DNA from: a virus
Lineage: Duplodnaviria > Caudoviricetes
Length of the DNA stretch: 64,000 nucleotides
Strand: one strand, 5' to 3'
Virus record (IMG/VR): IMGVR_UViG_3300032307_000830
Location: 526 to 64,525 of that record
Shown here: piece by piece, positions 55,979-64,000 of the stretch
Numbering within the stretch: position 1 is the first letter of the stretch
Layout of the letters: each line of letters begins with the position of its first letter
Notes under the pieces: model-generated
Database searches by the model: none
Told to the model about the DNA's origin: nothing
The model's input: only the letters and a program-made list of their open reading frames with translations
Made by a program: the position numbers and the translations under genes

Positions 55979-56746
55979 ATGGCGTTACCTGGATCATTTA
56001 AGAAGAATATTAATATCACGAGAGAACGTGCTAACATAGAGTACCCTTATTCTATGCAAAGTGGCGCGGCTGAGAATATGAAGGATATGATAACCGATAA
56101 GGATACATATCTTCCTAAGGGGGTTTTACATATTGATCTTGATCGTGGTTTTAAGGAATTTGTGAAAAACAATTTAAAATTGTCTGTTGACGGTGAAGAG
56201 GTTCCTGTTTTTATGATGGGTATCCAAACCTGGAATGAGTTTTCCCAAACTTGGAAATTTTCTGATGAATACAAGAATGTTAAAATACCTTTTGTGAATA
56301 TCGTTAGAAACCCAGACACAAAATATGGTACAAACCCTTCATTGATTTATAACATTCCAACTGGTAGACACTATACATATGCTGAGGTACCTACTTGGGA
56401 TGGTAATAGAAAAGGGGTTGATATTTACCAAATACCGCAACCGATACCAGTGGATATCATGTATTCTGTTAGGATATTTGCTTACAGACAACAAGAGCTT
56501 AACAAATTTAATACGTTAGTACTTAAGAATTTTCAGAGTAGACAGGCGTATACAATTGTTAACGGACATTATATACCTATAGTATTAGAAGATACTTCAG
56601 ACGAAAGTCAAGTGACCGATTTAACAAATAAAAGGTTCTATGTGCAACTCTATACATTTAATCTTCAAGGTTTTATTCTAGACCCAGAGGATTTTATCGT
56701 AACACCAGCAATAAGTAGAACATTCACAATAACCGAAAACACATAA
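55979..56746 (+). CDS. Tail terminator/sheath stabiliser (gp15-like)
   Basis: P.PVDI.Y.V.I pattern; position upstream of the sheath gene. Confidence 0.55.
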   Translation: MALPGSFKKNINITRERANIEYPYSMQSGAAENMKDMITDKDTYLPKGVLHIDLDRGFKEFVKNNLKLSVDGEEVPVFMMGIQTWNEFSQTWKFSDEYKNVKIPFVNIVRNPDTKYGTNPSLIYNIPTGRHYTYAEVPTWDGNRKGVDIYQIPQPIPVDIMYSVRIFAYRQQELNKFNTLVLKNFQSRQAYTIVNGHYIPIVLEDTSDESQVTDLTNKRFYVQLYTFNLQGFILDPEDFIVTPAISRTFTITENT

Positions 56747-56805
56747 AAATAATCAAACTTTTTTTAAAATGAACCCATCCTGCGGTTTTTTGGTAAAAAA
56801 TAAGA

Positions 56806-56812
56806 TATTTAT
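56806..56812 (+). promoter_or_regulatory. Putative late promoter TATTTAT
   Basis: gaTATTTAT upstream of the sheath gene. Confidence 0.6.
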
Positions 56813-56851
56813 CAATAAGTAAAATTAAATAATAAATAAAATTAACTAAAT

Positions 56852-59800
56852 ATGGCAAACAAAGTTTATGCATCTCCAGGTGTTTACACAACAGAGAAAG
56901 ATTTAACCTTCACAACCGAAACAGTGGGCGTTACTACTTTAGGTGTTGTCGGTGAAACCCTAAAAGGTCCAGCGTTCCAACCAATATTCATCAGAAATTT
57001 TGATGAGTTTAGAACAACTTTTGGTGGTACGAACCCAGAAAAATTTAAAAATACACAAATCGTTAAGTATGAATTACCATACATAGCAAAACAGTATTTA
57101 ACACAATCAAACCAATTGTACGTAACAAGATTATTAGGTTTATCAGGATATGAAGCTGGTATGGCCTGGGCGATCAAAACGTTAGGTGCTTGCGATGAGT
57201 CAACCTTATCACATACTGGTATTACCGAAACAGAATTTGAATTTAGATTTAACACATCTACAAATCAGTTCTACGTTGTTGATCCAGGTGGGAATATCGA
57301 CTTGATTGATTATGTTGCTAGTTTAACTGGTGTTGATGCTGGTGAGTTTGATACAGTCTTCAATAACTATTTCACAACGATAGGCGGTTACGTTGGTGCT
57401 GATTTCTATGACAAGAAACACGCGATGTACTGGGGTTTATTAACTAATGACCTAGAAACGGCTATCGATACTGACGCAACAACAACTAACATATTTGCAC
57501 CAGTATTTGTTGATGCTTATGAATTACCAGTTACTGTTCCAGCTGAAGATAGAGACGCTTATGTATTAAATAATGAGTTGGTTTACAATACTACGACTCA
57601 AACATACAGTGGACCTAGTTTTGGTTTATTCTGCCACACATTTAGTTCTGCTGGCGCTAGCACATTAAAAGGTAAGTTAAGATTATACACTATGACCTTA
57701 AATTGTGACCCTTATACTGAAGGTCATAATAAAACAATGGCTACTGTTAGAAGTAGAGGTAACTATGTTTCTGATGTATTAAAATACAAAGTTAATACTT
57801 TAGATATGGTTGCTCCAGCTGGTTTGGTTAACGACCCTTATTTAGCATTTGATTTGACTGGTACAACGGCTAACCCAACAGGTAGCACATTCTCTTATAC
57901 GGTTTCGTTAAAAGAGGGTAACGCAAACTACATTAAAAACGTTATCGGTACAACACCATCAAACAAAGATTCTTTAATCTATGTTGAGGAAGTTTATGAT
58001 AACTCATTAAAAATGGGTTGGTTACAAGGTAAAATTAAAGGTTTATTTACTGAAGCTGTTTCAGTTAATAACTGGGATCACTATAAATTCCAGTACCAAT
58101 CACCTGTTACACCTTTTATTGTTTCGGAATTAAGAGGTGGTTTACCACAAAGATTATTTAGATTGATTTCCATCTCTGATGGTACAAACGCTAACTTTGA
58201 AATTAAAACTTCTATTGCGAATATTGACTTGTCTAAAAAGACGTTCGATATCTACGTTAGATCATTTAGTGATTCAGATAGAACACCAGTTTTATTGGAG
58301 AGATTCACTGATTGTACAATGGATGAAAGTTTAGACAACTACGTTGGTAGAAAAATTGGTACTATAGATAACAAATACCCATTAAAGAGTAGTTATGTTG
58401 TTCTTGAGGTTGCTACTAACGCACCTGTTGACGGAGTTCCTGCTGGTTTTGAGGGGTATGAGTTCAGAACTAATGGTGAAAGTGATTACACAGCCGCTTT
58501 GGTACCTGAAATGCCTTACAAACTTAAATACTACGCTCCTGGTGATACAATTTATAACCCACCATTTGGTAATGCGGTTGTTTCAAGCGGAGATAGAATC
58601 CCTAAGAACTATTTAGGTTTCTCAAGCCAATTTGGTTTTGATAAAGACTTATTGTTGTTCAAAGGTAAAGTTAGTGTGTTAGGTGATAACGCTTATAACA
58701 ATGGTGATGATTACACAACAAAAACTAAAGGTTTCCACATGGACATCAACGCTCAGTCAATTGTTGACTCAGTTACTAACGAGCAAGTTTTTGCTACTGG
58801 TGTGGCTTCATTTACTGATCCTGTTGTTGTTGACGGTACCGCTACTCACCCATATAACAATATGAGAACAAGAAAATTCACAGTATTATTCTCAGGTGGT
58901 TTTGATGGTTGGGATGAGTACAGAGTTAACAGAACAAACACTGACGAATATAAAATAGGTAGAACTGGATTCGTTGCTGGTCAATTTGACACATTCACTA
59001 ACGTTGAATATGCTGAATTGTTCGGTACTTCTGACTACTATGCTACAATGTATGGTATTAGAACTTTCCAAAATCCTGAAGAAATCGCTATTAATATCTT
59101 AGCAACACCTGGTATTGACGTGTTAAACAACACTGACTTGGTTAGAGAGGCTATTGAAGTGGTTGAAGAAAAGAGATTGGATGCTATTTACTTACCAACA
59201 TTACCTGACATTAAATTATTAAACAATAATAACCCTTCAGATACTGAAAGTTGGTACTATGCGGAAGATATCGTTGATGAATTAGAAAATACTGATATTG
59301 ATTCTAACTACACAGCGGTTTACTACCCTTGGATCCAAATTACAGATACAGACAATAACGCAAACTTGTATATCCCACCTACTGCTGAAGTAGTAAGAAA
59401 TATGGCTTATACTGATAACGTAGCGTTCCCTTGGTTTGCAACTGCTGGTTACAATAGAGGTTTAGTTAAATGTAATAGAGCGCGTATCGTTCTTGATCAA
59501 GAAGCTAGAGACGTATTATATCCTGGTAGAATCAACCCATTGGCTACTTACTCAGACGTTGGTGTTGTTATCTGGGGTAACAGAAACTTACAAGTTAAAT
59601 CAAGTGCTCTTGATAGATTGAACATCAGAAGATTGTTGTTACAAGCAAGAAGATTGATTATGAGTGTATCTAAAAGATTGTTATTCGATCCAAACGATAC
59701 TACAGTTAGAAATCAATTCTTGTCTTTGGTTAACCCAATCTTGGATAATATCAGAAAAGAAAGAGGTTTGACAGACTTTAGAGTAAGTGTTGCTATGGAC

Positions 59801-59923
59801 ATTGAAGACAATGATAGAAATACGTTGAGAGGTAAGATATTCATCAAACCTACACCAACTTTGGAATTCATTGAACTTGAATTTACAGTGACACCACAAA
59901 ACGTTTCATTTGATAACATATAA
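56852..59923 (+). CDS. Contractile tail sheath protein (gp18-like)
   Basis: SPGVYTTEKD, GET.KGP, YYPW, PWFATAG..RG, INP, IWGNR, DRLNIRRLL, LFDPND, I.PT..LEFI. Confidence 0.96.
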   Translation: MANKVYASPGVYTTEKDLTFTTETVGVTTLGVVGETLKGPAFQPIFIRNFDEFRTTFGGTNPEKFKNTQIVKYELPYIAKQYLTQSNQLYVTRLLGLSGYEAGMAWAIKTLGACDESTLSHTGITETEFEFRFNTSTNQFYVVDPGGNIDLIDYVASLTGVDAGEFDTVFNNYFTTIGGYVGADFYDKKHAMYWGLLTNDLETAIDTDATTTNIFAPVFVDAYELPVTVPAEDRDAYVLNNELVYNTTTQTYSGPSFGLFCHTFSSAGASTLKGKLRLYTMTLNCDPYTEGHNKTMATVRSRGNYVSDVLKYKVNTLDMVAPAGLVNDPYLAFDLTGTTANPTGSTFSYTVSLKEGNANYIKNVIGTTPSNKDSLIYVEEVYDNSLKMGWLQGKIKGLFTEAVSVNNWDHYKFQYQSPVTPFIVSELRGGLPQRLFRLISISDGTNANFEIKTSIANIDLSKKTFDIYVRSFSDSDRTPVLLERFTDCTMDESLDNYVGRKIGTIDNKYPLKSSYVVLEVATNAPVDGVPAGFEGYEFRTNGESDYTAALVPEMPYKLKYYAPGDTIYNPPFGNAVVSSGDRIPKNYLGFSSQFGFDKDLLLFKGKVSVLGDNAYNNGDDYTTKTKGFHMDINAQSIVDSVTNEQVFATGVASFTDPVVVDGTATHPYNNMRTRKFTVLFSGGFDGWDEYRVNRTNTDEYKIGRTGFVAGQFDTFTNVEYAELFGTSDYYATMYGIRTFQNPEEIAINILATPGIDVLNNTDLVREAIEVVEEKRLDAIYLPTLPDIKLLNNNNPSDTESWYYAEDIVDELENTDIDSNYTAVYYPWIQITDTDNNANLYIPPTAEVVRNMAYTDNVAFPWFATAGYNRGLVKCNRARIVLDQEARDVLYPGRINPLATYSDVGVVIWGNRNLQVKSSALDRLNIRRLLLQARRLIMSVSKRLLFDPNDTTVRNQFLSLVNPILDNIRKERGLTDFRVSVAMDIEDNDRNTLRGKIFIKPTPTLEFIELEFTVTPQNVSFDNI

Positions 59924-59930
59924 TAAAATA

Positions 59931-59964
59931 AAAGGGGGTGCTTAACGGTGCCCCCCATATTTTT
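59931..59964 (+). terminator. Putative terminator after sheath gene
   Basis: gggggtgc-ttaacg-gtgccccc hairpin followed by atattttt. Confidence 0.55.
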
Positions 59965-60189
59965 ACCGCAAGCGGTTTTCCAACTACGGTAAAAAGAAAG
60001 TAACAAAGAAAAATATTATAATAGTACTATATATAATATCTTATATTAATATTTATATATAATCTATATAATAATATATAATAGATAGTACCATCGTTAA
60101 GACCCTTAACAAAAATAAGCATTAAAACGGGAAAAGTCAAGTTTTTCCAAAAATATTTTTAAAAAAGCGTACAAAACGAAAAACAAAGA

Positions 60190-60196
60190 TATTTAT
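60190..60196 (+). promoter_or_regulatory. Putative late promoter TATTTAT
   Basis: gaTATTTAT upstream of the tube gene. Confidence 0.6.
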
Positions 60197-60232
60197 TAAA
60201 AAGAATAAAACAAAACTAAATAAATAACAAAT

Positions 60233-60721
60233 ATGGCTAACTTATTAATGAAAATGCCTGTTCCTTACGAACCAAAGAAAAAGAACAGGTTTATCTTAAG
60301 ATTCCCAAGTTCATTAGGTATCAATGAATGGTTTGTGATCTCAACATCAAGACCAAAAGTAACAATAAATGAAGTTGAAATTCCATTCTTGAATACATCA
60401 ACATACGTTGCAGGTAGATTCAACTGGGAATCAATTGATGTTACCTTCAAAGATCCAATTGGACCTTCAGCAGCACAAGCGTTAATGGAGTGGGTTCGTC
60501 TACATGCTGAATCTGTAACAGGTCGTATGGGTTATGCCGCTGGTTATAAGAAAGACATTGAATTGGAAATGTTAGATCCGACTGGTGTTGTTGTTGAAAA
60601 ATGGATCCTTCAAGGAACATTCTTAACCAACGTTGACTTTGGATCATTAGAATACAGTGATGACGAAATCGCAGATATCTCCGCTACATTGAGAATGGAC
60701 CGTTGTATCTTGGTTTACTAA
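60233..60721 (+). CDS. Tail tube protein (T4 gp19-like)
   Basis: EPK..NRF, RP, YVAGR..W, EW, GYKKD, LDPTG.VVEKW.L.G.F, FG.L.Y. Confidence 0.92.
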   Translation: MANLLMKMPVPYEPKKKNRFILRFPSSLGINEWFVISTSRPKVTINEVEIPFLNTSTYVAGRFNWESIDVTFKDPIGPSAAQALMEWVRLHAESVTGRMGYAAGYKKDIELEMLDPTGVVVEKWILQGTFLTNVDFGSLEYSDDEIADISATLRMDRCILVY

Positions 60722-60744
60722 GAGAGAGATTGCAAAAGATTACA

Positions 60745-60775
60745 AGAGGGGACGCTATGCGACCCCTTTTTTTTT
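60745..60775. terminator. Terminator between convergent genes
   Basis: aggggacgc-tat-gcgaccctttttttt imperfect hairpin. Confidence 0.6.
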
Positions 60776-61175
60776 ACCCGTTTAGTAATTTACTATGTTT
60801 ACCAACAAACTTGTTGATTTTTTCTGTTAAAACTTTTTTATCAACCATCTCATGTTCCCAAATCACCATTAAGGTGTATGTTAGGTCGAATTTAACGATT
60901 TTAACTTTGTATTGATCATTCTTAAGGTTAGCCCTTTGAAAGGCGTATTTTGGCTCTGGATTATGTTTTTTACAACAGTGGTAAAAACAACCATGGGTCT
61001 CAACCAAAATTGAGTGTTCGGTTAATAAAAAATCAAATTCTCTTTTTTTAAAAACAAAATGTTGTTCAAATTTAACCCCTATTTCAGTGAGTAGTTCAGC
61101 AAATTTAACCTCAAGGTTTGAGGTACCATTCATTTTATTCAACATTTTTCTTGTTTTACCTTTCTTTTTTGCCAT
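60774..61175 (-). CDS. Vsr/DUF559-like PD-(D/E)xK endonuclease
   Basis: S.LE, FDF, VETHGCFYH, ND..K, IWEHE. Confidence 0.8.
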   Translation of the reverse strand: MAKKKGKTRKMLNKMNGTSNLEVKFAELLTEIGVKFEQHFVFKKREFDFLLTEHSILVETHGCFYHCCKKHNPEPKYAFQRANLKNDQYKVKIVKFDLTYTLMVIWEHEMVDKKVLTEKINKFVGKHSKLLNG

Positions 61176-61293
61176 ACGTTCGTATTATTACTTAGATAAG
61201 TACCGTCAAATTACGGGTAAATAGTAAATTTTAAAAAAAATACCGTTTACACTATTTAATAATATACTATAATTAATTAAAAAAGAAACGAAT

Positions 61294-62052
61294 ATGGATA
61301 ATTCACAACAAGTTTACTTTGAACCAGCGCATGACGTAATTAGTTTACCGTCTGGTGGAAGATTCTACAAGAATAAAAAAGATTCAGTTAAAGTTGCCTA
61401 TATGACAGCTTCTGATGAAAACATCTTAACTTCACCAAACCTACTTCAAAGCGGTAAAGTTCTTGATGTCTTATTGGAAAAGAAAATTTTGGATAAAGAT
61501 ATCAAAGCTGGTCAATTATTACCAGGTGATAGAAACGCGATTATTTTCTTCTTAAGAGCAACTGGTTACGGTGAAATGTACCCTGTTGAGTTGTCAGACC
61601 CTAAGACGGGTGAGAGATTTGTCGCTGATATTGATATTAGCGCTTTACCAACAAAAGAGATCTCAATTCAACCAGATGAAAATGGCGAGTGTTCTTTTGT
61701 TTTACCAAAATCCAAAAAAACGGTTAAATTTAAGTACCTGACAGCTGAAGAAGATGATAAGTTAGTTAAGGATGATTCAGCTAGAACTAAAAAATTAGGT
61801 TCCAACGCTATTAGTCAGATAATGACACTTAGATTACAAAACCAAATCACCGAAGTTGATGGTATTAGAGATAAGAACGCAATAATTCAATTTGTCGAAT
61901 CGATGTCACCAATGGATTCAGCGGAGTTCAGAAAACATCTATTTGATAACGAACCAGGACTTGATTTAAGTATTAATGTCGAAGCTCCGAGTGGAGAGTT
62001 TTTTTTTGGTGAACTTCCTATTACAGCCAAATTTCTTTGGCCTTACGTCTGA
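61294..62052 (+). CDS. Baseplate hub assembly/tail assembly chaperone (T4 gp26-like)
   Basis: LPSGG.FY, MTASDENIL, GDRNAI...LR..GYG..Y, LPKSKK.VKFK.LT, ending FLWP. Confidence 0.75.
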   Translation: MDNSQQVYFEPAHDVISLPSGGRFYKNKKDSVKVAYMTASDENILTSPNLLQSGKVLDVLLEKKILDKDIKAGQLLPGDRNAIIFFLRATGYGEMYPVELSDPKTGERFVADIDISALPTKEISIQPDENGECSFVLPKSKKTVKFKYLTAEEDDKLVKDDSARTKKLGSNAISQIMTLRLQNQITEVDGIRDKNAIIQFVESMSPMDSAEFRKHLFDNEPGLDLSINVEAPSGEFFFGELPITAKFLWPYV

Positions 62053-62239
62053 TTATAGACAGCAAATGATGTATGAATCGTACATCTTAGTAAAACACGC
62101 AAATTTTACTTACGCTGATGTAATTGGAATGCCAATCTTTGAGAGAAGAAAATTCATTGAGATATTGATGGAAGAAAATGCTAAAATCAAAGAAGCTAGA
62201 GATAGAGAGATGCAAAAAGCTAAATCTAAAAGAGGATAA
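61976..62239 (+). CDS. gp51-like small tail/baseplate chaperone; probable frameshift extension of the upstream gene
   Basis: LVKHANFTYADVIGMPIFERR resembles gp51 LM.H..YSL.E.E.M.PWER. Overlaps the upstream gene in the +1 frame. Confidence 0.65.
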   Translation: MSKLRVESFFLVNFLLQPNFFGLTSDYRQQMMYESYILVKHANFTYADVIGMPIFERRKFIEILMEENAKIKEARDREMQKAKSKRG

Positions 62240-62241
62240 AA

Positions 62242-62273
62242 GAAACCCACTATAAAAGGTGGGTTTTTTGTTT
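62242..62273 (+). terminator. Rho-independent terminator
   Basis: aaacccac-tataaaag-gtgggtttttt. Confidence 0.8.
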
Positions 62274-62301
62274 TATCTGATATTTATTAATAAAATGTTT
62301 T

Positions 62302-63072
62302 ATGAAAAAATATATTATAACGGAATCACAACTTAAAAGTATTGTAGAAAAATACGAACCAGTTCCACCAAATGTTGCAAAGGCGCCACCGATAAGTTTT
62401 GATGAATTTATGGACGCGATAAAAAAAGATAACGTCATAAACCAAACCGACTCAGATAATAAAGGTGATTTGAAAAGTTATGTTGCGGCTAAAATGAGTG
62501 GATCAAGGGCCGAAAAAAACATAGGTGATGCTAATAACTCTTTAGATAAAATAGCTGCTGATTATAGTAAATCTATGGATATGATACAAGTCCATAAATT
62601 TAGAGATGATAATGTTTTAGCAAAAACTGAGGACTTAAGTGTTATAGTATTGTCTTTACTATATTATTTCTATAAAGAGGGTCAGGTGGATCACAATGTA
62701 AAAAACAATAAAGATGTTAATATTGATTATAACACGGTTTATAACGGTATTAAAAAACATGGCGTTGATGATTTTAAATGGTTGACCAATGTAAAGTTTT
62801 TTGCGAATTGGTTTATTTGGACAAACCCAGATGATGAAACGGAAAGTGTTATCTCATCTGAAGGTGAAACTGTTCAGGTTCATATTGATAATGAAACCAA
62901 AAAAACAAAATTAGTTAGACTTAGCAATATTAGCTCAAAAACACTCACCAAATTTTATAGTGATGTATTGAGATCAAGTAACCCTAATTTTATGCAGTTG
63001 ATTTCGAAAGCAATTAAAAGTAATATTGTACCTAAAATCGACTCTGGTAGTTTAGAATTTATTTTCAGATAA
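62302..63072 (+). CDS. Hypothetical protein, possible head-internal protein
   Basis: N-terminal MKKYIITESQLKSIVE leader; TATTTAT at 62281-62287. Confidence 0.65.
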   Translation: MKKYIITESQLKSIVEKYEPVPPNVAKAPPISFDEFMDAIKKDNVINQTDSDNKGDLKSYVAAKMSGSRAEKNIGDANNSLDKIAADYSKSMDMIQVHKFRDDNVLAKTEDLSVIVLSLLYYFYKEGQVDHNVKNNKDVNIDYNTVYNGIKKHGVDDFKWLTNVKFFANWFIWTNPDDETESVISSEGETVQVHIDNETKKTKLVRLSNISSKTLTKFYSDVLRSSNPNFMQLISKAIKSNIVPKIDSGSLEFIFR

Positions 63073-63073
63073 A

Positions 63074-64000
63074 ATGGCTCAAGGGGATATAGTAGCAATC
63101 ATAGATAAATTAACTAAAGAATTAGATAACCTAAGTTCTTTGAATTCGTCTGTCAAAATTTCCCAATTTGAACAAGGTCTGATTGTAGATAAAATCTTAA
63201 AATCACACGAGAAAGCTTTAGAATCAAGGAAAGAAGCCTATCGTTACGATTTAACCCAAGATACAATATCCTCATATCTTAAAAAGATCCATAAACATAG
63301 CGAAAAGTATTTTGATGAGAAGGATAAAATTAAAAAAGAAAATGCTATACTTCAGTCTCAGATAAATGATTATAAAAAAATCGAAGAAAAAGCTGAGAAA
63401 GAAAGTAGGGATGAACTAAAAAAATATGTCTCAGAAAGAAGAGCCCAACTAGAGGTTGAAAAAGCTATTAATGAAGCCGCTGATGATGCCGCAAATACTG
63501 GTGAAATGGCTGCAAAATCTGGTAACCCTTATTTAGCGGCAATTATAGTTGTAGCGGGCGTTTTAATAACAACAGCAAAAGCCTTATACAACGGGGCTAA
63601 GATTTTATTTAATAAAATAACGGGTTCGTTAAAAGATGTTTTAGGTGCCGATTTTGGTATCGGGGCTGTTTATGAAACATTCCTAAGAATGCAAAAGATG
63701 AGCGGTGAATTCTCAGCTAATGCTGGGTTAATCGCGAGTGAGGCTAATAATTTCTTATGGAACATGCCAAGGATTATGAATGAAGTCCTTGATGTTGGTG
63801 GTACTATTGAGCAAGTTGGCGAGGTAATGGATAAATTATCTAACGTAACTGGTAAAAATAGAATGTTTACTGGTAAACAATTTAAAAGTATTATTGAATT
63901 AGGTTTAGGAACAGGTTTAGGGGTTGAAGAAGGTTCTGAATTAATAGGAAACTTTGATAATTTGGGTTATTCACTTGATAAAACTCTTGAGCTAACAGAA
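63074..64000 (+). CDS. Probable tape measure protein, N-terminal part (3' truncated; absent from the ORF track)
   Basis: Open frame MAQGDIVAIIDKL... runs to the window end. Coiled coil followed by Ala/Gly-rich hydrophobic helices (PYLAAIIVVAGVLITTAKAL); lies downstream of the tube and chaperone genes. Confidence 0.7.
   Translation, partial: MAQGDIVAIIDKLTKELDNLSSLNSSVKISQFEQGLIVDKILKSHEKALESRKEAYRYDLTQDTISSYLKKIHKHSEKYFDEKDKIKKENAILQSQINDYKKIEEKAEKESRDELKKYVSERRAQLEVEKAINEAADDAANTGEMAAKSGNPYLAAIIVVAGVLITTAKALYNGAKILFNKITGSLKDVLGADFGIGAVYETFLRMQKMSGEFSANAGLIASEANNFLWNMPRIMNEVLDVGGTIEQVGEVMDKLSNVTGKNRMFTGKQFKSIIELGLGTGLGVEEGSELIGNFDNLGYSLDKTLELTE

Noticed and set aside
61198-61250. TACCG...CGG(G)TA motif similar to the 59960-59995 inverted repeat, as a shared operator
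   Set aside because: Only two loosely similar copies with different spacing; insufficient support.
1-64000. Stop-codon reassignment as in some jumbo phages
   Set aside because: Core genes are full length and densely packed under the standard code; TAG and TGA both act as stops (for example PhoH and the sigma factor).
1-64000. tRNA, rRNA, integrase, transposase or DGR elements
   Set aside because: No cloverleaf-like GC-rich segments, recombinase/transposase motifs, reverse transcriptase or TR/VR pairs were recognised by eye.

Overview
A 64 kb AT-rich slice of a large T4-like (myovirus-type) phage genome using the standard genetic code. The host is probably Bacteroidota, based on a DUF4494-like gene, TAnnTTTG promoters and A-rich leaders without Shine-Dalgarno sites. 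The window holds the head module (major capsid, scaffold, prohead protease, portal, large terminase), neck/tail genes (gp13/14/15-like, sheath, tube, gp26/gp51-like, start of a tape measure) and a Gly-X-Y Ser/Thr/Asn tail fibre with an S74 chaperone. It also encodes a gp55-like late sigma factor, a family B DNA polymerase, a SNF2 helicase, PhoH and dUTPase. Two glycosylation clusters stand out: (i) an Aah/TibC-type protein heptosyltransferase, a carbamoyltransferase and GTs at 4.2-10.7 kb, and (ii) NeuB, NeuA, a GT29 sialyltransferase, a GT8 fusion, methyltransferases and a heptose kinase at 30-43 kb. The most notable observations are a macrodomain-like module inserted inside the polymerase proofreading domain (candidate built-in ADP-ribose eraser or anti-DarT), a phage-encoded heptose/sialic acid protein glycosylation system, a TATTTAT late-promoter motif that is the reverse complement of the T4 one, and a likely +1/-2 frameshift in the tail chaperone. 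All family calls come from motif recognition by eye, not from database searches.
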